The notes under the pieces are model-generated. The model searched no databases. It saw only the letters and a list, made by a program, of their open reading frames with translations, and had not been told where the DNA came from. Shown here in pieces: positions 59,277-64,000 of a stretch of 64,000 bases of DNA. This DNA is from Felis catus (Eukaryota). The stretch spans positions 91,946,001-92,010,000 of the forward strand of contig NC_058380.1 in assembly GCF_018350175.1 (NCBI RefSeq). The letters run 5' to 3'. A program made the translations under genes and the position numbers. Every line of letters starts with the position of its first letter. Within the stretch, counting starts at the first letter, position 1.

Positions 59277-60635
59277 TGTGTCAGTGTCCCGAGGCGGCTC
59301 TAGCCGGTGACCACGGACTGGGGGCACAGAGCCACAGAACTCATTCTTCCCAGCGTGGAGGCCAGAAGTCCGAGGTCCAGGCCAGGCAGGGCCACGCTCC
59401 TGCGGAGGCTCCATCGGGGGGGGGGGGGTCCTTCCTGCCTCTTCCAGCCTCTGGGGCTCCAGGCGTCCCTCAGGCCTCTGTCTCCATGTTCATTTTTTTA
59501 AAGTTTATTTATTTATTTTGACGGGCGCCTGGGTGGCTCAGGCGGTTGAGCGTCCGACTTTGCTCAGGTCATGATCTCGCGGTTCGTGAGTTCGAGCCCC
59601 ACGTCGGGCTCTGCGCTGACAGCTCGGAGCCCGGAGCCCGCTTCAGAGTCCGTGTCTCCCTCTCTCTCTGCCCCTCCCTGTTCACGCTTTGTCTCTCTCT
59701 CTCTCTCAAAAACAAATAAACATTAAAAAAATACATATGCGGCACCTGGGTGGCTCAGTCGGTTGAGCATCCAACTTTGGCTCAGATCATGATCTCATGG
59801 TTTGTGGGTTTGAGCCCCACGTCGGGCTCTGTGCTGACCGCTCGGAGCCTGGAGCCTGCTTCAGATTCCGTGTCTCCCTCTCTCTCTGCTCCTCCCCCGT
59901 TCATGCTCTGTGTCTCTCAAAAATAAATAAACATTAAAAAATTGTTTTAATGTTTATTTATTTATTTTGACAGAGACAGAGAGAGAGAGCAGGGGAGGGA
60001 CAGAGAGAGAAGGAGAGAAAATCCCAAGCAGGCTTCGAGCTGTCAATGCAGAGCCTGACACAAGGCTTGATCTCACGACCCTGGGATCATGACCGGAGCC
60101 AAAATCATGAGTCAGACACCCAACTGAGCCCCCCAGGCACCCCGTGCCTCCATATTCACAGGGCTTCTCCTCTGTGTCTGTGTCTCTCCTCTTCTGTCTC
60201 TGATAAGGTCATTTGTCATTGCATTTATTTATTTTCTTTTTTTTTTAACAGTAGCTGTGACTTTTTTATTTTTTTTTTAACGTTTATTTTTGAGACAGAG
60301 AGAGACAGAGCATGAATGGGGGAGGGGCAGAGAGAGAGGGAGACACAGAATCTGAAACAGGCCCTGGGCTCTGAGCTGTCAGCACAGAGCCCGACGCAGG
60401 GCTCGAACTCACAGACGGTGAGATCATGACCCGAGCTGAAGTCGGACGCTCAACCGACTGAGCCACCCAGGCGCCCCTCATTGCATTTAGAGCCCACTGG
60501 ACAATCCTGGATGATCTCATTTCAAGATTCTTACTGTAATCACATCCGCAAAGACCCTTTTTTCCAAATAAGGTCACACTCACAGGCTCTGGACACTAGA
60601 TTGGAACACGGACATACGTGGGGGACCCCACTCGG
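59277..60635 (-). mobile_element. MaLR LTR (MLT1-like) split by four Can-SINEs
   Basis: LTR pieces ~59277-59492, ~60144-60227, ~60478-60635 (tttccaaataaggtcaca). SINEs at ~59493-60143 (-; hosts two + SINEs at ~59523-59730 and ~59740-59948) and ~60228-60477 (-; TSD tcattgcattta). Confidence 0.8.
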
Positions 60636-63600
60636 CCCCCAGTTTCCTTCTCTGAACTGTCCTTTTCCAGGGCCAGCCGTGTCCCACTGCAGATCGCCCC
60701 CTACCTTCCCAGGGACTGGTCCCCCCAGAGTGCCTCATCTGGGGAGCGAGGGCCTGGGGCACCTCCGGTAGGGGAGTCGGATGGAAGGCGGTTCCCCAGC
60801 AGAGAGGGACAGGTGGTGACCGTCATCCCTCAGAGATCATTAGTTGCGCAGCTGGGACACGCACCCCGTGTATGGCGGATACGTGGAGAGTCCCCACTAT
60901 TCCGTGGTTATTCTGGGGACTCCAAGCGATGGCCCAGCGGGTATTCACCTCAGAGCTAGGGAGGCTCGCACACGAGACCTGGACACAGACGTCCATGGCA
61001 GCCCTGTCCACGTCCCCTGCCTGGAATCGGCCCAGCGGCCGCCCTCGGGAGAAGGGTGACTGAACGTGGCACGGGCCACAGCTCCGCGTGAACAGGCGCA
61101 AGCTGGACGGCCTCAAGGCCGTGGGGTCGGGGAAGGCAGGCAGCCCCAGAAGGAATCCGTGTGTAGAACGGTCTCAAAATGTCAAATCCACAGCAACAGG
61201 GAACCCTCCGTGCCCTCCAGGGCTTAGGGGTGGGGAGGGCCGAGAAGGCAGCAGGTGTGGCTTAAAGGGGCCACAGGAGGGGGTCCCCCCGAATCCGGAC
61301 TGCGGTGGGGCGTGCGGCCTTCCCTGCCAGGGAAGAGCACAGAACTGAGCGCACAACCCACACTCCACGCGCACGAGCAAGTCTGCGGGGGCAGGGCGCG
61401 GAGGGGACGGAGTGCAGGACGGTAGCATCGGGAGGACAGGGGACGGGGCGCCGGGGGTCTCCTGAATCTGTTCTCACAGGTGCCTGTGAGCCTACAGTTC
61501 ACTCCAAATACAAGGTGAAAAAGAGAAAGCGTCTGTCTTTCTTTCCAAGTCAGCCTAGAAAATGCTAACAGGCTCCTTCTGCACTGTCCCCAACCCTGGG
61601 GCCCAGCCCCAGGCCCCACCACCCTCGCTGCCCCCTCGCTGCCCACCGGGCTTCCCCCACCTCCCCTGCTGCCCCTCAGAGCAGAGACCAAACTCCCCAC
61701 GCGTGCTCTGCAGACGCTTAGCCGGCTGCCACACAGCCCCCCAGGGAGGGCAGCCAGACAAGGCAAGGAGGGGGCTCTCCTGGCCCCTCAGCACCCCAAG
61801 TGTCCACAGGTGAGCACAGCCTGACATCTCCCCACAGCCCACTGATCCAGAAATCTCCAGGATGGAGACACGGGCTGGATGGCCCTGGCTGGGGCAGCAG
61901 GACAGGGTCGAAAGTCAGCGGCCACCCTCAGGGGGCCCGTTCTCCGGGGTCGCCGGGGGAGCAGTGTCTGTTCATAACAGCTGAGTCGGCTGCTTTAGGA
62001 CCAGGGCTCAGGCGCTCCAGGCGGCTGACGGGAGAGCTTTGTGCCCCTTTCAAAGGCGCCAGACGCACCCAACCCTCCCACGGCTCGCCCGGCCTTCCGG
62101 CTCCTTGCCCAGAACCTCAGTCCAGCCTGCGGGGCCTGGAGGAGGAGGAAGCTGCCCGCTCACGTGGGAAGTCGCATTTGGGGATCAGAACGGGGGCTTC
62201 CCGGGATGGATGCTAGGACGTGGCAGATAATAGGGCTTGAAGAGACCCCAGGGCCACCACGGAGCCCCGCCCACCCCAGAAGAAGGTCCAGAGGAGCACA
62301 GAGCCCAGGCGCGGTGGGCAGGGAAGCCGGGCCCATGGTCTCGGGGTCGGGGGAAAGCAGGACTCTGTGGGGCATGAAGGAACCACCAACAGACCGTCAT
62401 CGCCACAGGATTTGGGGCAGCTGAGGTCCACCTGCAGTGAGTGAGTGGGACCTGAGGGGTGAGTCTGGCATGATCAAAATGAAGCAGGCTTGTTCCAGGA
62501 GGGTAAGTAGAAAAGTCACCCTGTCACCCCCAGAATGCCAGTGTGATGCTAAGGGGAACGTGCTTGACCCAAAACGACTTTACTTCCAGGGAAAGGCCGT
62601 CCGTAACCATGACGACACCTGCCCGTCGACCGCACCGGTCCCGTCGCGCTTCTAGCGGCTGGCTGCAGAGCCAAGGCGGGGCGGGGCGCCCAGTGGCATC
62701 GGTCAGGACACCAGCAGGGTGCCCCGGGACACCGCTCCCCACGGCGGCACGGATCCCCACTGGAGCAGCCTGTGCCAGCCCAGCGTGTGCATGGGAAGCC
62801 CCAGGACAGCTCCACGGTCCTGCGTCCTAAGGACAGAGGGGTCAGACCGCACGGCCCTGCCGGGGGAGGACAGGAAGGAAGGGCTGCCCCCCCCTCCCGC
62901 CCCACAGTGGTGCACGGGGTGGGCAGAGCTTGCAGGCACGGAGCGGTCTTCTTTCAACTTTGATTGCCCCCACGATTTTCCGGAAGGCTGCATCCTCCTC
63001 TCTCGGCTTCGGAGGAGAGAAGGCAGGAGGTCGGTCTCCTGGTGGGTTTTATCCAGAGCACTGATGTGCATAATGAGGACCCACCGTCTCATTCCTGCTT
63101 CCCCAGAGACCCGGGAGGGGTGGAGGCCCCGGCAGAGGGGACGCTGGGCACGGGGACCCCGGTCCCTGCTCGGGTGAGGCTGAGGGCAGAGGAGACCCCG
63201 AGCCAGGCGGGCAGCCCATCGAACGCTCACTCTTTCCTTTCCAGGAACAGAGCCTCGTGTGGGCTGCTGGGTCTGGACTGGGGACGCTTCTGCTGGAAAG
63301 AGGGCCAGGGAGGAGGGCCAGACACGGACCTGACAGGTCAACACGCGCACGTCCAGGACAAAGGGGGTTTTGGAACAAGTAACATCCGGCGAACAGGTAA
63401 CCTCCCACGCTAGGCGAAGAGACGGCCGGTTCTGTCCAACTGAATCAGGTGCTTGTTTGGGGGATGGGAGAGGGCGGGCGGGGACAGCTCACCGGAGCAA
63501 AGGTCCCCATCCTGTACCAATCATGCCACCCCCAGGCCTGGCACCGCTCCCTCACGCAGCAGCCAGACCCTCCCCTGGCTGCAGGGCTGGGATGGCTCGA

Positions 63601-63656
63601 GTAGGAGTCCCTGCTGGGACCTGCAGCTCAGGCCACGCCTCCCTGAGCCCCTGCCA

Positions 63657-63694
<38 letters not shown>

Positions 63695-64000
63695 ACTGGC
63701 CCGTGACCTCAGGCACCTCCAGCGGCCTGATATCCTGCTTTTGAAGCCCTCCCGAGCCTGGAGTTTTTCAGGTGTTCCCAAGGAAGGTGCCTGGAATCAC
63801 CCCCTCCCTCAGTGAGCCACGGCTGCCACGTGGGGCCGTCCAGAGAGGTCAGCGCGCCGCTGAGCAGGTAGGGCGGGAGCTGGAGGCGGTGGCGGATGGC
63901 ACTGGCCCCCGCTCAGCGCTCCCGGCAAACGCCGGGCTGTGGGGACCAGGGCCAGGCTGGGCGGACGGCACACACGGAAGACGGACCCGGGGGGCCACAG

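Noticed and set aside
17732-60477. tRNA-like sequences (A/B boxes)
   Set aside because: They are heads of tRNA-derived Can-SINEs with CT tracts and A-tails, not tRNA genes.
63658-63692. 35-nt poly-G run
   Set aside because: Could be real, but homopolymer length is unreliable and no associated feature was found.
61200-64000. Possible exons of a further gene downstream of LCN9
   Set aside because: Scattered splice-like sites, but no coherent reading frame or recognisable protein motif.

Overview
Eukaryotic, GC-rich DNA from a carnivore, almost certainly a felid (felid-type Can-SINEs; proteins match feline beta-lactoglobulins). It covers part of the lipocalin cluster. Genes in order: beta-lactoglobulin I (partial, exons 3-7, +), II (+) and III (+), an intact unnamed six-coding-exon lipocalin (+, 184 aa), GLT6D1 (-, 306 aa) and LCN9 (+, 181 aa). 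All gene models were spliced by hand from splice sites and reading phase, and none is visible whole in the ORF track. Intergenic and intronic DNA holds L1s (some nested, with TSDs), Can-SINEs, MaLR/ERV LTRs, two G-rich minisatellites, microsatellites and a 152-N gap. Main observations: (1) the unnamed lipocalin sits 283 bp downstream of a ~20 x 49-bp G-rich VNTR; (2) the three BLG genes are a patchwork of conversion tracts that spare exon 3 and, in BLG-II, exon 4 and strand I; (3) BLG-I has a different terminal exon and a glycodelin-like exon 3, so it may be a PAEP orthologue overwritten by conversion; (4) GLT6D1 is full length but has TVN in place of the DxD motif; (5) LCN9 needs a GC-AG intron. 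Cross-species comparisons are from recall and were not run.
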